DNA of 64,000 nucleotides from Candidatus Poribacteria bacterium. Its GTDB lineage: Bacteria > Poribacteria > WGA-4E > PCPOR2b. The notes under the pieces are model-generated. The model ran no database searches. It saw nothing but the letters and a program-made list of their open reading frames with translations, and was not told where the DNA came from. The position numbers and the translations under genes are program-made. Numbering within the stretch: position 1 is the first letter of the stretch; the number at the start of each line of letters is the position of its first letter. The DNA is taken from positions 2,624,001-2,688,000 of the forward strand of contig OZ240245.1 in assembly GCA_965198175.1 (NCBI GenBank), given 5' to 3'. Below, piece by piece: positions 20,785-31,889 of the stretch.

Positions 20785-21609
20785 CTACTCTTGTGTGCCT
20801 TCCGTCTTTGGTGGCATCACAACTATCTCGATTCGACGGTTTCTCGCTCTGCCCGCCGAGGTGTTGTTTGTATCGATTGGGTGGTAGTGGGCGTATCCGG
20901 CAGCCGCCAAACGGGTTGCATCCACCCCTGCGTGTTCTTGCAAGTAGCGCACTGCTGAAATTGCTCGCGCAGTTGATAAATCCCAATTCCCTAAGAGAGA
21001 TCCCCTGAATGCGCGATTGTCCGTGTGCCCTTCTACTCGAATCTCTCGATCCGGATAGCGGTTTAAGAACGTCTCTGAAATCTTGTCCAAGACCTGCTTG
21101 CCCTCAGTCTTAATCCTTGCTTCCCCAGAGTCAAACAAAATTTTATCCATCAGGTTCACGGTCAGCTTTCCCCGAAGCTCAGTAATCATGATTTCTTTAT
21201 TTTCAATCTCTTGGTGCAGGCTGTCAACAAGATCTTGATACTCTTCTTCTCTCTGCCTTTTTTCTTTGAGGAGTTTCTGCTTTTCGGCTTCCACCTGGGC
21301 TTTAGCTTTGCTCAGTTTGGTCACGTCTTGCTGGACTTCGGTGATTGTACCTTCCATTATCTTGATCCGGTATTTTTTCGCTTCGAGGTCACGCTGGGTT
21401 TTCTTCAAATTGCGTTGAAGGTCCTCAGACTTCTCCCGGCAGGCAGCTAAATTTGCCTGCTCTGTGAACAGTTCGGTTTCGGTCCGCTTAAACTTGACGC
21501 GATAATAACTGATCGACGCGGTGAGAAGAACCAAGATAAGCCCCGCAACGCCCCCAACTAGATATAACTGTTTCCTGCCCACCCGTTTTTCTTCCTCCAA
21601 CAGATTCAT
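20785..21609 (-). CDS. OmpA/MotB-family peptidoglycan-binding membrane protein with a coiled coil
   Basis: N-terminal TM segment, coiled coil, ILFDSG, VEGHTDN, NWDLSTARA, GRARNRRIEI. Confidence 0.9.
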   Translation of the reverse strand: MNLLEEEKRVGRKQLYLVGGVAGLILVLLTASISYYRVKFKRTETELFTEQANLAACREKSEDLQRNLKKTQRDLEAKKYRIKIMEGTITEVQQDVTKLSKAKAQVEAEKQKLLKEKRQREEEYQDLVDSLHQEIENKEIMITELRGKLTVNLMDKILFDSGEARIKTEGKQVLDKISETFLNRYPDREIRVEGHTDNRAFRGSLLGNWDLSTARAISAVRYLQEHAGVDATRLAAAGYAHYHPIDTNNTSAGRARNRRIEIVVMPPKTEGTQE

Positions 21610-21636
21610 TGTCCGCCTTGACTGCGGCGAGAAGCT

Positions 21637-21727
21637 AGTTTAGCATGGAGAGGTATTGGTGTCAAGTGGGAAAGCATACGGCGCTATCGCAAAATTTGTT
21701 GATCTCTAGCGGGATTTCTGTTACACT
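21637..21727. promoter_or_regulatory. Divergent sigma70-like promoters
   Basis: Minus: TTGACA-N17-TAAACT (21665-21637). Plus: TTGATC-N17-TACACT (21699-21727). Confidence 0.5.
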
Positions 21728-21811
21728 TTTGGTTGCGAGAGATACCGGGTCGGTATGATAATCTCATTTTTTTTTAGCGCATCTCTTATTCCCGACGGCT
21801 GATGTTTAACC

Positions 21812-22978
21812 ATGCGTATTCTCATGTTCAACTATGAATTCCCGCCAGTCGGCGGTGGTGGTGGATGGGTCACTTATTTCCTCGGCAAACAGTTTGTTGA
21901 AGCCGGACATGAGGTGCGGCTGATTACTTCTCGATATCGAGATTTGCCGAAAGAGGAAGCGATTGAGGGATTTCGTGTCTATCGCGTTCCTACGATGCGC
22001 AAAAGCAAGGACACTTGCGGCGTCCATGAGATGCTGACTTACGCAATCAGTTCAAGTATTTACGGTTTCAAGTGCATTAAACGCTTTCAGCCGGAGATAA
22101 TTCAAGTCTTTTTTGGGATTCCGTCGGGAGGCGGTCCGTATCTACTGCAAAAGGTATACGGTATCCCATACATCGTATTTCTCGGAGGACGTGATATTCC
22201 CAGCCGAAATCCTGATCCGCCTTATTATCGTCTATTGTACGGCTTACTTACCCCCGTGATTAGAGCAATCTGGGGTAATGCTGCTGCTGTGGTTGCGTGC
22301 AGCGACGGCTTGCGAGATTTAGCGCTCCACACGGAGCCGCATATAAATATCCAGACGATCCCAGATGGACTAGAATTGAGCCGATTCTCGACACCTCCGC
22401 GCGAAACGCACCCCGATCGTGTACGCATCTTGACAGTCGGACGACTCATCCCGCGGAAAGATGTTCAACTCCTAATCCGTGCACTTCCTCAAGTCATTCA
22501 GAGCACAACTCGTGATTTCGTAGTCGAAATTGTTGGAGATGGTCCCTGCGGTTCGGATCTCGTGAAATTGGCAAAGGAATTAGGTGTCATTCACAAAGTC
22601 CATTTCACCGGATCGGTTCCGTATTCGGAACTCCCTCGAAAATATCAGGGTGCGGATATTTTTGCACTCTGCTCGCTCGCTGAAGGGATGCCGCTTGCTG
22701 TGCTGGAGGCAATGGGGTCAGGTCTACCTGTTGTTGCTAGCCGGGTGCAAGGGGTTGAAGATCTCGTCAAAGTTGGAACGAACGGCTATCTCTTTACCGC
22801 TGGTGATGTCGATGCGCTAGCGAAAAACTTGACCGAACTAATTGTCGATGACGAACGTCGCTGCACGATGGGTAAAGCTAGCACTTTGCAGGTGCATCGG
22901 TACGACTGGAAAAATATCGCCCAGTCCTATTTGGAAATCTATGAACGTGTGAAGGGTGAGGGTGTAGATGCTAAGTAG
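21812..22978 (+). CDS. Glycosyltransferase family 4
   Basis: YEFPPVGGG, VGRLIPRK, EGMPLAVLEAM. Confidence 0.92.
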   Translation: MRILMFNYEFPPVGGGGGWVTYFLGKQFVEAGHEVRLITSRYRDLPKEEAIEGFRVYRVPTMRKSKDTCGVHEMLTYAISSSIYGFKCIKRFQPEIIQVFFGIPSGGGPYLLQKVYGIPYIVFLGGRDIPSRNPDPPYYRLLYGLLTPVIRAIWGNAAAVVACSDGLRDLALHTEPHINIQTIPDGLELSRFSTPPRETHPDRVRILTVGRLIPRKDVQLLIRALPQVIQSTTRDFVVEIVGDGPCGSDLVKLAKELGVIHKVHFTGSVPYSELPRKYQGADIFALCSLAEGMPLAVLEAMGSGLPVVASRVQGVEDLVKVGTNGYLFTAGDVDALAKNLTELIVDDERRCTMGKASTLQVHRYDWKNIAQSYLEIYERVKGEGVDAK

Positions 22979-23020
22979 ATTTACGGTCCAATTCCGCACA
23001 CGAAACTACTGAGGTATTAC

Positions 23021-24382
23021 TTGATGAGAGTTGCAATCATCGGCACCGGCTACGTAGGTCTAACGACGTGTGTAGCGATGGCATACCTAACCCACGAGGT
23101 CGTAGGGGTAGATGTAGACCCGCAGAAATTAAAGTCTTTACGTCGTGGAAAAAGTCCCATCCACGAACCAGGAGTCCAGATACTTCTAGATCAGGTCAGC
23201 CACAATATTTCCTTCACGGATAGCGTGCCAGATGCTGTAGGGAGCGCGGACATCATTATGATTGCAGTCGGCACACCTCCCAAACAGAATGGGGAGGCGG
23301 ACACGAGCTACGTCGAAGAGGCGGCGTGGGAAGTTGCTCAAGGGCTCCAACCCAATCGGAGGTATACTTTAGTCGTCAAGTCTACCGTGCCTATCGGGAC
23401 TAATCGCAGGGTAGCTCACGTGGTCGCTCGTGCACTTTCGGAACGCAAGGTAAAGACGAATGTCCATCTTGCTTCAAATCCGGAGTTTTTGCAAGAAGGC
23501 TTAGCCTTACGCGGTACTTTCTATCCCGATCGAATTGTCGTCGGCGTCGAAGATCCGCAAGGCGTTGAGGCGCTGCGCCGCCTGTATCGCCCAATACTTG
23601 AACAGACCTTCGATCCGCCGAGCTTTTTGCCGCGCGCCGAAGGATACAACCTACCACCTTTAATTACGACCGACCCAACCAGCGCCGAGATGATTAAGTA
23701 TGCTGCCAACACGTTCCTTACGCTCAAAATCAGCTTCATCAATGAAATTGCAGGACTCTGTGAGAAAGTAGGGGCGGATGTGACGGAGGTATCACGTGGA
23801 ATTGGGTTGGACACTCGCATCGGCCAACGTTTCCTCGAAGCGGGGCTCGGCTGGGGAGGCAGTTGCTTCCCCAAAGATACTGCCGCCCTGTTGGGCGTTG
23901 CAGCGGAATATGGCTACACCATGCAGATTGTTCAAGCTGCTCGTGAGGTCAACTGGAGGCAACGACAGTTGATTGTTGAGAAACTCCAATTCGCCCTTAA
24001 GATTCTGCGTGGTCGCACAATAGGTATACTGGGGTTGGCTTTCAAACCAAACACCGACGACGTTCGAGAAACGCCCGCATTGGATATTATCCGTGCACTA
24101 ATCGAACGCGGGGCGCATGTCCGTGCTCACGATCCAGTCGCTATTCCTCACGCTCAGCAATCCTTACAAGGACTGGGTGTGGAATTTGAGGAAGATGTTT
24201 ACTGCCTAGCAGATGGAGCGGACGCCCTAGTACTGGTTACAGCATGGGAAGTATACCACTCACTCAATCTAGCGGAGCTAGCCAAGCGGATGAAGAACTC
24301 CGTCTTAATTGACGGACGTAATTTTTTCGTCCCCAACGAGGCACATGCGGCTGGATTTGTGTACATGGGAATCGGTCGGTGA
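23021..24382 (+). CDS. ugd: UDP-glucose 6-dehydrogenase
   Basis: GTGYVG, VKSTVP, SNPEFL, GWGGSCFPKD, GLAFKPNTDDVRE. Confidence 0.92.
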   Translation: MMRVAIIGTGYVGLTTCVAMAYLTHEVVGVDVDPQKLKSLRRGKSPIHEPGVQILLDQVSHNISFTDSVPDAVGSADIIMIAVGTPPKQNGEADTSYVEEAAWEVAQGLQPNRRYTLVVKSTVPIGTNRRVAHVVARALSERKVKTNVHLASNPEFLQEGLALRGTFYPDRIVVGVEDPQGVEALRRLYRPILEQTFDPPSFLPRAEGYNLPPLITTDPTSAEMIKYAANTFLTLKISFINEIAGLCEKVGADVTEVSRGIGLDTRIGQRFLEAGLGWGGSCFPKDTAALLGVAAEYGYTMQIVQAAREVNWRQRQLIVEKLQFALKILRGRTIGILGLAFKPNTDDVRETPALDIIRALIERGAHVRAHDPVAIPHAQQSLQGLGVEFEEDVYCLADGADALVLVTAWEVYHSLNLAELAKRMKNSVLIDGRNFFVPNEAHAAGFVYMGIGR

Positions 24383-24511
24383 TAACAGCCTCGCGCTTAT
24401 ACCTGCAAGGGATTTGGACGACAGTAACGAGGAACGGGCATAACGAGATTTTAGATTGACAAATCCGCATGGATTCTAGCATCTGTGCATAATGCTATGG
24501 GACACACGAAT

Positions 24512-25894
24512 ATGCATCATTACAATCTCATCGTTATCGGCAGTGGAAGCGCCGGATTCACCGCGGCGACAACTGCTAAGGAAAAAGGATTAGAAAAAAT
24601 TCTCCTAATCGAAAAGCGTCGTGTCGGGTACAGTCTTTGTACGAATGAAGGTTGTATGCCATCCAAAACCCTTCTCGCGTCCGCTGATGTGAAGCGTGTC
24701 ATCGAGGAAAGTTCCGATTTTGGGATTACATCCACGCAGCCAAATGTGAATTGGGATACCGTGCAGAAGCGGGTCCGAACGCTGGTCGAAGACGATTTCT
24801 TCGCTGCAAGGAGAGACGCGATTCGTAACGCACCGGTGGATTTAGTCGAAGGGAACGCGCGTTTTACAAACTCCCATACTATCCAGGTTAGTGACCGTAC
24901 CTATGCCGCAGATCGAGTTGTTATTGCGACCGGTTCTGTGGTCAATGTTCCTCCCTTTCCAGGATTAAGAGAAACGGGGTACCTTGATAGCGACAGCGCA
25001 CTCTATTTGGAGAAACTGCCAAAGTCTCTAGTCGTGCTTGGGGGCGGGTATATTGCGATAGAGCTTGGATATCTATTTCACAAAATGGGAGTTGAAGTCA
25101 CGATTGTTCAGCGGGGCGATCGGATTTTGACACGTTTGGATGCGGACATCAGCTTTGAATTGCAGGACATTCTCCGTCGAGATGGGATGAACATTGTCAC
25201 AGGGGTAGATGTTGAATCAGTGAATCGGGCAGCAGGAAACAAGCAAATTCACGCTGTACTCAGGGAAGGGGGGAAAATCACATTAGAAGCGAAAGAGATT
25301 ATGATAACCACGGGACGCGCCCCTGCGATAGACGGTTTAAACTTGGAGGGGTTAGGGGTCCAGTTAGATGAGCACGGTGCAATTCAGGTCAACGATTACA
25401 TGCAAACATCTGTGCCGCACATCTATGCAGTGGGCGATGTCAACGGCAAAATGCCGCTTGTCTACGTTGCCTCAATGGAAGGAAAAATTGCTGGTTTACA
25501 CGCTGCAGGCGTAAGCGACCAAAAAATAGATTATCGCTTAGTCGGGAACATCATCTTCTCTCATCCTGAAATTGGTACGGTGGGGCTTACAGCATCAGAG
25601 GCAGAAGCTAAAGGGCTAAATGTAATAACGGTGAAGACTCCAATGGAGGATATTGGTAAAGCCGTTGCGATTGGGCAGACAGACGGTTTTATCAAGCTGG
25701 TAGCGGAGCGTCCCTCTGGCAAAATCATCGGGCTGCACGTCATTGGTCCGCACGCGACTGATATTATGCAAGTCGCCCTGCCACACCTCTATCATAATGA
25801 TACCGTTTTTGATGTCCTAAATATCCCTTATCCACACCCTACACTCGGAGAGGCGCTCAGTTATCCAGCGGAAGAAATCGCCGCGCTTCTATAA
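24512..25894 (+). CDS. Class-I pyridine nucleotide-disulfide oxidoreductase (dihydrolipoamide dehydrogenase/MerA-like)
   Basis: GSGSAG, redox CTNEGCMPSK, GGGYIAIE, YAVGD, HPTLGE. No C-terminal CC pair. Confidence 0.88.
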   Translation: MHHYNLIVIGSGSAGFTAATTAKEKGLEKILLIEKRRVGYSLCTNEGCMPSKTLLASADVKRVIEESSDFGITSTQPNVNWDTVQKRVRTLVEDDFFAARRDAIRNAPVDLVEGNARFTNSHTIQVSDRTYAADRVVIATGSVVNVPPFPGLRETGYLDSDSALYLEKLPKSLVVLGGGYIAIELGYLFHKMGVEVTIVQRGDRILTRLDADISFELQDILRRDGMNIVTGVDVESVNRAAGNKQIHAVLREGGKITLEAKEIMITTGRAPAIDGLNLEGLGVQLDEHGAIQVNDYMQTSVPHIYAVGDVNGKMPLVYVASMEGKIAGLHAAGVSDQKIDYRLVGNIIFSHPEIGTVGLTASEAEAKGLNVITVKTPMEDIGKAVAIGQTDGFIKLVAERPSGKIIGLHVIGPHATDIMQVALPHLYHNDTVFDVLNIPYPHPTLGEALSYPAEEIAALL

Positions 25895-25920
25895 GTCGAG
25901 AATCGTCAGCGCTATCGTCA

Positions 25921-26307
25921 TCAATTCCCTTGCTTCTCCTGAATCTGCCTATCCAACTGCTGTGATGCCTCAACAGCAGTGGCGTCTCCGGATTTTATCA
26001 ATTGGCGCAGGCGGGATGCGCCGCAGATTTCCAGCGATTCGTGCCAGACAGGCTCGCTTTGGCTATCGGCGTGCGCTAGTGTAATTTCAGCGGGACGCAT
26101 CCGATCGATACATTCACGATAGATGTTCATTTTTTGCCACCGTAGCACATCCGAAGAAATTGCGTGGATGTTTTCCGATTCCAACATTAACGACGCAAGT
26201 TGAAAATCCTGTTCTTGTTGATAGGAGGGCAGGTGCACTGTTTGACTGGCCTCCACAGAGCGGAATGTTTTCGATTCCAACATTGGTAGAACTCCTTTTC
26301 CGTTCAT
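25921..26307 (-). CDS. Hypothetical protein
   Basis: ORF of about 130 aa filling the gap between genes. Start uncertain and no recognised motif. Confidence 0.4.
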   Translation of the reverse strand: MNGKGVLPMLESKTFRSVEASQTVHLPSYQQEQDFQLASLMLESENIHAISSDVLRWQKMNIYRECIDRMRPAEITLAHADSQSEPVWHESLEICGASRLRQLIKSGDATAVEASQQLDRQIQEKQGN

Positions 26308-26549
26308 AGTCGAAACAGCCTCCGTTGCAAGTTTCAATTAGCGTTCTAACTTAAAGAAGACTGAATCGAAACACTGAGGCTGACAATTCGAGGTCTCTAA
26401 CCTTAGGAACGAAAAATAAAAGCGGCGGTTTCCAAAGTTTACTGATATTCCGCGCGCCGTGTGGATTCAGTGGACATCTGACGCTGCGTTTATCTTGTTC
26501 GAAATGCCTCCTTTTCAGATTGCTGTTCAAGCATTTTTTTCGCTGTAAT

Positions 26550-28457
26550 CTACCACCATGCAGTGAATGTGTATATCGGCTTTTTCACTATAATGCTCAA
26601 TATTGCCCAGAAACCGCCGACGACAAACTCTCCGAGAATGATTCCGAAGAAAAACGGCACCGCTTTACGATACGCCTTGACCCCGCCATACTTCAAGATA
26701 AGCCATTTGACGAGCCATGCCACAATAAACTGCGACCAAAAAGTGCGCATCGACCATGTACTGGACACCGCATAGCCTGCTGGATGCAAGGACCACCATA
26801 AAAACCGGACTCGCATAAACATAAGGAAAATACCAAACAGCACGCCGTACACAAAGAACCCTAGTCCCGCCATATCCGTAGATGTCGGAAGCGTCAGCCA
26901 CTGCTGCAAACGCATAAATGGCTCTCTACCAAAAAACTGCAAAACAACATGACTATGCGTGTATCCCGAGTGTAAGATCGCCCAAAAAGCGACGAATGTG
27001 CCTAAAACGGTGGCGATGAGCATTGCACCAAGAACCCATCGATTGTTCATACGGGCTCTATCTGCCAGCTTGAATCCCTCCAGTTGATGCGGCATCACGT
27101 CGCTGTAATGCATACGCGATAGAAACCAGAAAAAAGACATTATGGTTAAATTTCTCGGGCCAATCTTGCGGGTTCCTACAGCTCCGATCATGAGAATTTC
27201 AGGACCGGCAAAGTGCAGATCGTGAAAAGGTGAGCCGACCTCTGCACGTATTCGCGTTATCCCAATCTCCGTCATCAGATATAGAGCGAAAAAACCTCCG
27301 GCTACCCACAGCGACATACCTGCCTTCCAGCAAAAAAGCAGAATCAGTGTGATGCCGCCGATGAGTCCCCAAACGGCGATTCTGTAATCTAACACTTCAG
27401 CAGAATTGTCATTTGACTCCTCACGTGTGGCGGGTTTCAATGCAATCTTGAACACTTGGCTCAGATGGCGTCTGCCAATCCATATGGCGATGAAAAATAG
27501 GGAGATGTGCGCCCCCGCGGCTTGCTCTGAAAGTAACGGTCGAGGACGCAATCCCATAATGCTCTCGAAGATCTGCTGTACTTTCCAAAGAAAAAAGAAG
27601 AACCAGCAGGAAAAGGAGATGTCCAGGGGAATAAGAAACACAAGCCCGATCAGAAACGGGCGAAAAGTGAGCGGTGTATATCCCACAGCGTTCCACGGTC
27701 TGCCAGTGAAAAATTCGCCGAGGTTGTAGGGTTTGACGCGCAGGGAGGGAACAACGGGAAAAAAGAAGTTCAGTCCGTTGATGAAGGTCATCGCACCTAC
27801 AATGGTAAAACCCAACCACATCAATTTGTTTCTGAATAATCCAGATGAGCGATTCGTAATCTCAAACGGGAGCTGGACGATAGGATATGTCAGTCTTTCT
27901 CTATCAATCCATTGCTTCCGGACGATGACGTTGAAACATATCATCACGAACATAAGGGTACAGATGAAGGCAGCCCAGACCATAACCGGTGTCAGCCATG
28001 CGTTAATGTGTTGCGCCGTATATAGGGTTGACTCTCCCGTCAATCTCTTACCAATATAACCATCCACTGCCCTCTCATCACTCACAGCGAGCCACTGCGG
28101 GATATATCGCCAAAAGAGTTCTTTCCATTCGTTTTCCGGCGTTGCAAGTCCAAAAGCCCCAGCCAATGTTGGCGGCAATATCTGCAACATGCTGTGTCCA
28201 GCGAGTGCGGATGCTTGGCACAACATGATGTAGATGGTGAGCAGTTCGCCCTGTTTGAAAGCTAGGTCGGGAGACAGCTTTCTCAACGGAATGTTGACCA
28301 CTATCAAAACCAGCACCACGAGGAGGACGTTGAAAAAGAGCGAAAACAGAGTAGAATGCGCGACGTAATACACGCACTCCATCTGTATCAGCAAATAAGA
28401 ATTGATTGGAATCAGGATGATCCCTACAAGTATCGCTCTCCAAGTCACGTTTCTCAT
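26550..28457 (-). CDS. DUF6785/DUF6784-like (OPT-like) multi-pass membrane protein
   Basis: 635 aa, many TM segments; ERLTYPIVQLP, TRIRAEVG, PHQLEGFK, LHPAGYA, PFFFGIILGE shared with the paralogues. Confidence 0.85.
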   Translation of the reverse strand: MRNVTWRAILVGIILIPINSYLLIQMECVYYVAHSTLFSLFFNVLLVVLVLIVVNIPLRKLSPDLAFKQGELLTIYIMLCQASALAGHSMLQILPPTLAGAFGLATPENEWKELFWRYIPQWLAVSDERAVDGYIGKRLTGESTLYTAQHINAWLTPVMVWAAFICTLMFVMICFNVIVRKQWIDRERLTYPIVQLPFEITNRSSGLFRNKLMWLGFTIVGAMTFINGLNFFFPVVPSLRVKPYNLGEFFTGRPWNAVGYTPLTFRPFLIGLVFLIPLDISFSCWFFFFLWKVQQIFESIMGLRPRPLLSEQAAGAHISLFFIAIWIGRRHLSQVFKIALKPATREESNDNSAEVLDYRIAVWGLIGGITLILLFCWKAGMSLWVAGGFFALYLMTEIGITRIRAEVGSPFHDLHFAGPEILMIGAVGTRKIGPRNLTIMSFFWFLSRMHYSDVMPHQLEGFKLADRARMNNRWVLGAMLIATVLGTFVAFWAILHSGYTHSHVVLQFFGREPFMRLQQWLTLPTSTDMAGLGFFVYGVLFGIFLMFMRVRFLWWSLHPAGYAVSSTWSMRTFWSQFIVAWLVKWLILKYGGVKAYRKAVPFFFGIILGEFVVGGFWAILSIIVKKPIYTFTAWW

Positions 28458-28600
28458 GGGATTGACCTCTTTCGAAACAGTTCAACAATCCACCGAACAT
28501 CCTTTATCTCAGTCCAATTAGATTAGGCTTGAACTTCCAATCACAAGGCGTCAATGCCGATAGGAGTGATAACAACCCGTAAATAGGATTAGTAAATCGC

Positions 28601-29230
28601 CTAATTCGCCACAATCCTGACCGGTGTCCCAGGTTTAATATGTCCATAGATTTCTTTGGCGTGATGCGGAACAAGTGCAATGCAGCCGAGTGTTCCACTG
28701 TGTGTCTCAAGTCCTTCGTACGCTAAAATTGCCGATGCGTGAATCTCAATAGAGCTCCCTGTTTTGCCTTCCTTTTTATCCTTTTCGTTTGGGTAGTTGA
28801 GCGCCATCACAAAAACATGCTCCCCGCCATAAGCTGCCGTCCACAGTTTCTCATCTTGAGCGATTTCCAGCTCTTGTTCAGAGAGCCCAGCGTTCTCCAA
28901 TTTGCCGAAGTAAAGTTCAGAATCCCGGATGGAGTATGTTTCGCCATCCACAACCAAGCTGCTCTGCCCGCCAGGGTTCGTTCTGGGCGGTCCATTGCGA
29001 CTCACCATCCATTTGATGCAGTAATCCCCAAGCGGCGTTTTCTTATCCCCTTCTTTGACTTTTCCAACGCCGTTTTCACCAATGGCAACCGGAAAACACA
29101 TTTTGACCTGATTGCCTTGGACGAGGTAGATTTCTTTAACCCCCCCAAAAACCAACAAACAGAAACCGCTTTCATCTCTGTTTAGGCCCTCCAGATAGGG
29201 TAGCAGGTAGTTTGACTCAAACTGCGACAT
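28601..29230 (-). CDS. L,D-transpeptidase (YkuD) family protein
   Basis: KVKEGDKKTPLG, LNYPN, IEIH...TLGCIAL catalytic His/Cys. Confidence 0.85.
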   Translation of the reverse strand: MSQFESNYLLPYLEGLNRDESGFCLLVFGGVKEIYLVQGNQVKMCFPVAIGENGVGKVKEGDKKTPLGDYCIKWMVSRNGPPRTNPGGQSSLVVDGETYSIRDSELYFGKLENAGLSEQELEIAQDEKLWTAAYGGEHVFVMALNYPNEKDKKEGKTGSSIEIHASAILAYEGLETHSGTLGCIALVPHHAKEIYGHIKPGTPVRIVAN

Positions 29231-29338
29231 TTCTAGTAGAATACCTTCTTTATTTTGCCGGTACTGATAAACAGATTTCTGGATCCTCTGTGACTCCGGG
29301 GATGGGGAGTTTTACATACAAGCAGATCAGATGGACGT

Positions 29339-30664
29339 TCAGATTGTCAACACAACCTCGAACTCATTCTTTCCTAGCTGCACATCTACCCGGACGAACA
29401 ACAGCCGATCGTCCAACCACGTTACTGCATGGGCGTTTGATTTGGCAAGCGAGAGCCCTGCATGATCGCCCCAAATCGTAAAACCGTAAGGCATTGCTTT
29501 GGGAGACTCAATTTCAAAGTGCATCTGCAATAGCGACCGCGTGCGAGAAGGACGAATATTTTCAATCTTTAGCAGGTTAAATTCGGTTCCATCGCGCGAT
29601 TTCACTGGCGGCGAAACGTAGTTCTTGATGGCAATCGGCTCCATTTTGCCTGCTTCAAAAACCAATTGGCATTCCGCATCATAATAGAATAGCATCGACT
29701 TCCGTGGATTCGACTTGGTGTCAGGATGGCTATCCGGTGTGGAACGATGGGATGTATCGTCTGCATTGATGAGTAGTAAGGTGGGTTGTGTCTGATTGCA
29801 TCCTTGCTGATAGTCATTGATGGCATCTGCAAGGAGCATTACCTGTGTTTCGGACAGTTGGCACACATACGCAAAGTAGGCGTTCAACGCTTCGAGATGT
29901 TCCAATGTTAATTCCGTTAGCTGCTCTGCATCAATATGTTGAACGTAAGCGAGCCAGCGATTCCACGCCGCGTTTGCTGCATAGAGTTCAAAGGTATGAC
30001 GAGCGGTCCCGTTCAAAACCTGCGTGCGAAGATCAAGGAGGTCATCTTCCTCAGATTTGGTCTCTTGAGTCGTGGACGACTTCTGTCTGACAACACCCCA
30101 TGCCTCCGTAGGATTGAGCGAGGCAGCCGGAACTCCCACGATTCCACCCGCAGTGGGCCCACCCAGATTATGCGCTTCTGTCGAAGGATAAAAAAAACCG
30201 AAAGGGCAACCGCCATCCCCGCGTTTCTCCTCCCATCGATAGCCCCACAATCCTTTGAAACCAACTTTACCCAGCGCATACAGCAAGACATGGTGTTTCT
30301 GCATCGCCCCTGCGACAACTGGGCTTGCCCACTCCATTTCTCTCTGGACACTATCCCACTCAGTTGAAATGAAGTCCGGTAGTTTCTCACGCATGGTTAC
30401 AATGTGCTCCGCTGACACAGGACCGTCAACCGGCGTATCACTGCCCCAAACGGGTCTAATATCTACCATCAACAGCAGTTCGTCGCCATAATCTTCGTGC
30501 CATTGGGTCAAGTCTGTAGCCAGGGTTCGCGCTGAAGCACGGTCAATCGCCCAAGTAACCGGAATACCATGTGTGTGTGCAATTTCTGCAAGGAGGCGCA
30601 CCCCCTGTCTCAGCTTTTTTCGATTTTCTGAAATTGCGGTGCTAACGAGTGAGTAGGCAAACAT
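29339..30664 (-). CDS. Hypothetical protein, DUF3863-like/polysaccharide-deacetylase-fold
   Basis: GIPVTWAI, GLWGYRWE...GCPFGFFYPS, FYYDAECQLVFE. The last motif resembles the C-terminal part of the 52116 gene. Confidence 0.55.
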   Translation of the reverse strand: MFAYSLVSTAISENRKKLRQGVRLLAEIAHTHGIPVTWAIDRASARTLATDLTQWHEDYGDELLLMVDIRPVWGSDTPVDGPVSAEHIVTMREKLPDFISTEWDSVQREMEWASPVVAGAMQKHHVLLYALGKVGFKGLWGYRWEEKRGDGGCPFGFFYPSTEAHNLGGPTAGGIVGVPAASLNPTEAWGVVRQKSSTTQETKSEEDDLLDLRTQVLNGTARHTFELYAANAAWNRWLAYVQHIDAEQLTELTLEHLEALNAYFAYVCQLSETQVMLLADAINDYQQGCNQTQPTLLLINADDTSHRSTPDSHPDTKSNPRKSMLFYYDAECQLVFEAGKMEPIAIKNYVSPPVKSRDGTEFNLLKIENIRPSRTRSLLQMHFEIESPKAMPYGFTIWGDHAGLSLAKSNAHAVTWLDDRLLFVRVDVQLGKNEFEVVLTI

Positions 30665-30667
30665 AAT

Positions 30668-31771
30668 TTACTGCTGTACGTAAGTTTTGTTTAGATACTG
30701 GGCAATTATCTCGATATCTTCTTCCAAAATGAAAAGCCCATTTTCGATCATCCGGGCGATGAGGTCCCTGGTTTCTTCTTCTGAAGTTGGCGGCGCATTG
30801 TCGATGTCTGTCAGCGGATGGCATTGGGAACACGTAATTTCAAAAAGCTCCTGTGCCGCTGCGGGGTCATAGGTCGCTACATCGGGACTCGCCATAATGA
30901 TTGCATCGGGGTTTTGAATCGCAGTGTCCGGGTCCTGAATGACATCAGGCTCTGAGCTGAAGGCTGATTGTAGTGCAACCTGTGACTGGCTCACCTGCAT
31001 TTCTTCTTTTCTCTGCTCCTTCACTGAGTTCTGTATATCAGGAGTAATCGCAATGAGGTATGCAGACACTGTCCACTGATTTTCCTCAGAAATCGGTTCT
31101 CCAATGACAGGCTTGATCGCCATCCGATTGACTAGCCTTACCCAATCCCGCGGGGTACGTGGGCGAATCAGAATAGTCCGTAGGTCGTGGCATTGGACGC
31201 ATTTTCTCAACAGGACCTTCTGTCCATCGCGTAATTTTCGTTTGGAGGCGAGTAGATCCAGTGGAGCCTCATCAGGCAATCCCGCTGTCTGCAACATCTT
31301 GTGCGTTCTTTGCATACCAGCTTCACTAAAGACTTCCTGGCTTGTTCGCAGGGCGCGTTCCCGAAGTGTGAAGGGCACGGATAAGCCAATTAACAGATAG
31401 GTACACAACAGAAGAGCAGTTCCAAGATACGGCATCGCTTCCTCGAAGTGTCTGAAGAAGCGGAGGATAGCAACTTTGACTAAGAGCAGCACGCCAATCG
31501 TTATGCCAAGCATCAAATGCGCAACAGTGCGCGGTGGGAGTTCGATTTGATAGTTCCACAAGCGGGGCACCATGTGCCACATCATGAAGACGTAAAGTAT
31601 CGCATATGCAACACCGATGAGACGGTGTACTAGCACCAGCGACGGTGGTGCGGCGCTTGTGCGGGTCTTTTCATCGAAAGGATAGCCCCAAAGTTTGTAC
31701 ATCAAGAAAACCGCTGCGTTTCCTAAACCTAAAAATACAAGACCTAATATTGCACTTGTCGAGGTGGACAT
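30668..31771 (-). CDS. Membrane-bound diheme c-type cytochrome with an N-terminal His-containing TM domain
   Basis: About four TM helices with His (VHRLIG, VAHLMLG), then CVQCH and CSQCH. RBS GGAAGG before ATG 31771. Confidence 0.8.
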   Translation of the reverse strand: MSTSTSAILGLVFLGLGNAAVFLMYKLWGYPFDEKTRTSAAPPSLVLVHRLIGVAYAILYVFMMWHMVPRLWNYQIELPPRTVAHLMLGITIGVLLLVKVAILRFFRHFEEAMPYLGTALLLCTYLLIGLSVPFTLRERALRTSQEVFSEAGMQRTHKMLQTAGLPDEAPLDLLASKRKLRDGQKVLLRKCVQCHDLRTILIRPRTPRDWVRLVNRMAIKPVIGEPISEENQWTVSAYLIAITPDIQNSVKEQRKEEMQVSQSQVALQSAFSSEPDVIQDPDTAIQNPDAIIMASPDVATYDPAAAQELFEITCSQCHPLTDIDNAPPTSEEETRDLIARMIENGLFILEEDIEIIAQYLNKTYVQQ

Positions 31772-31889
31772 ATTGTATTTCCCTTCCTTTGGGTTTGGAT
31801 GACCAAATTGAAGACTTGAGAGTGAAAAGCAATTGTAACACAAAGCCGTGAGATTGTCACTACCACTTTACTCCACGAAGATTTTTGTG

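Noticed and set aside
24512..25894. Mercuric reductase merA
   Set aside because: It lacks the C-terminal Cys-Cys pair and any mer operon context.
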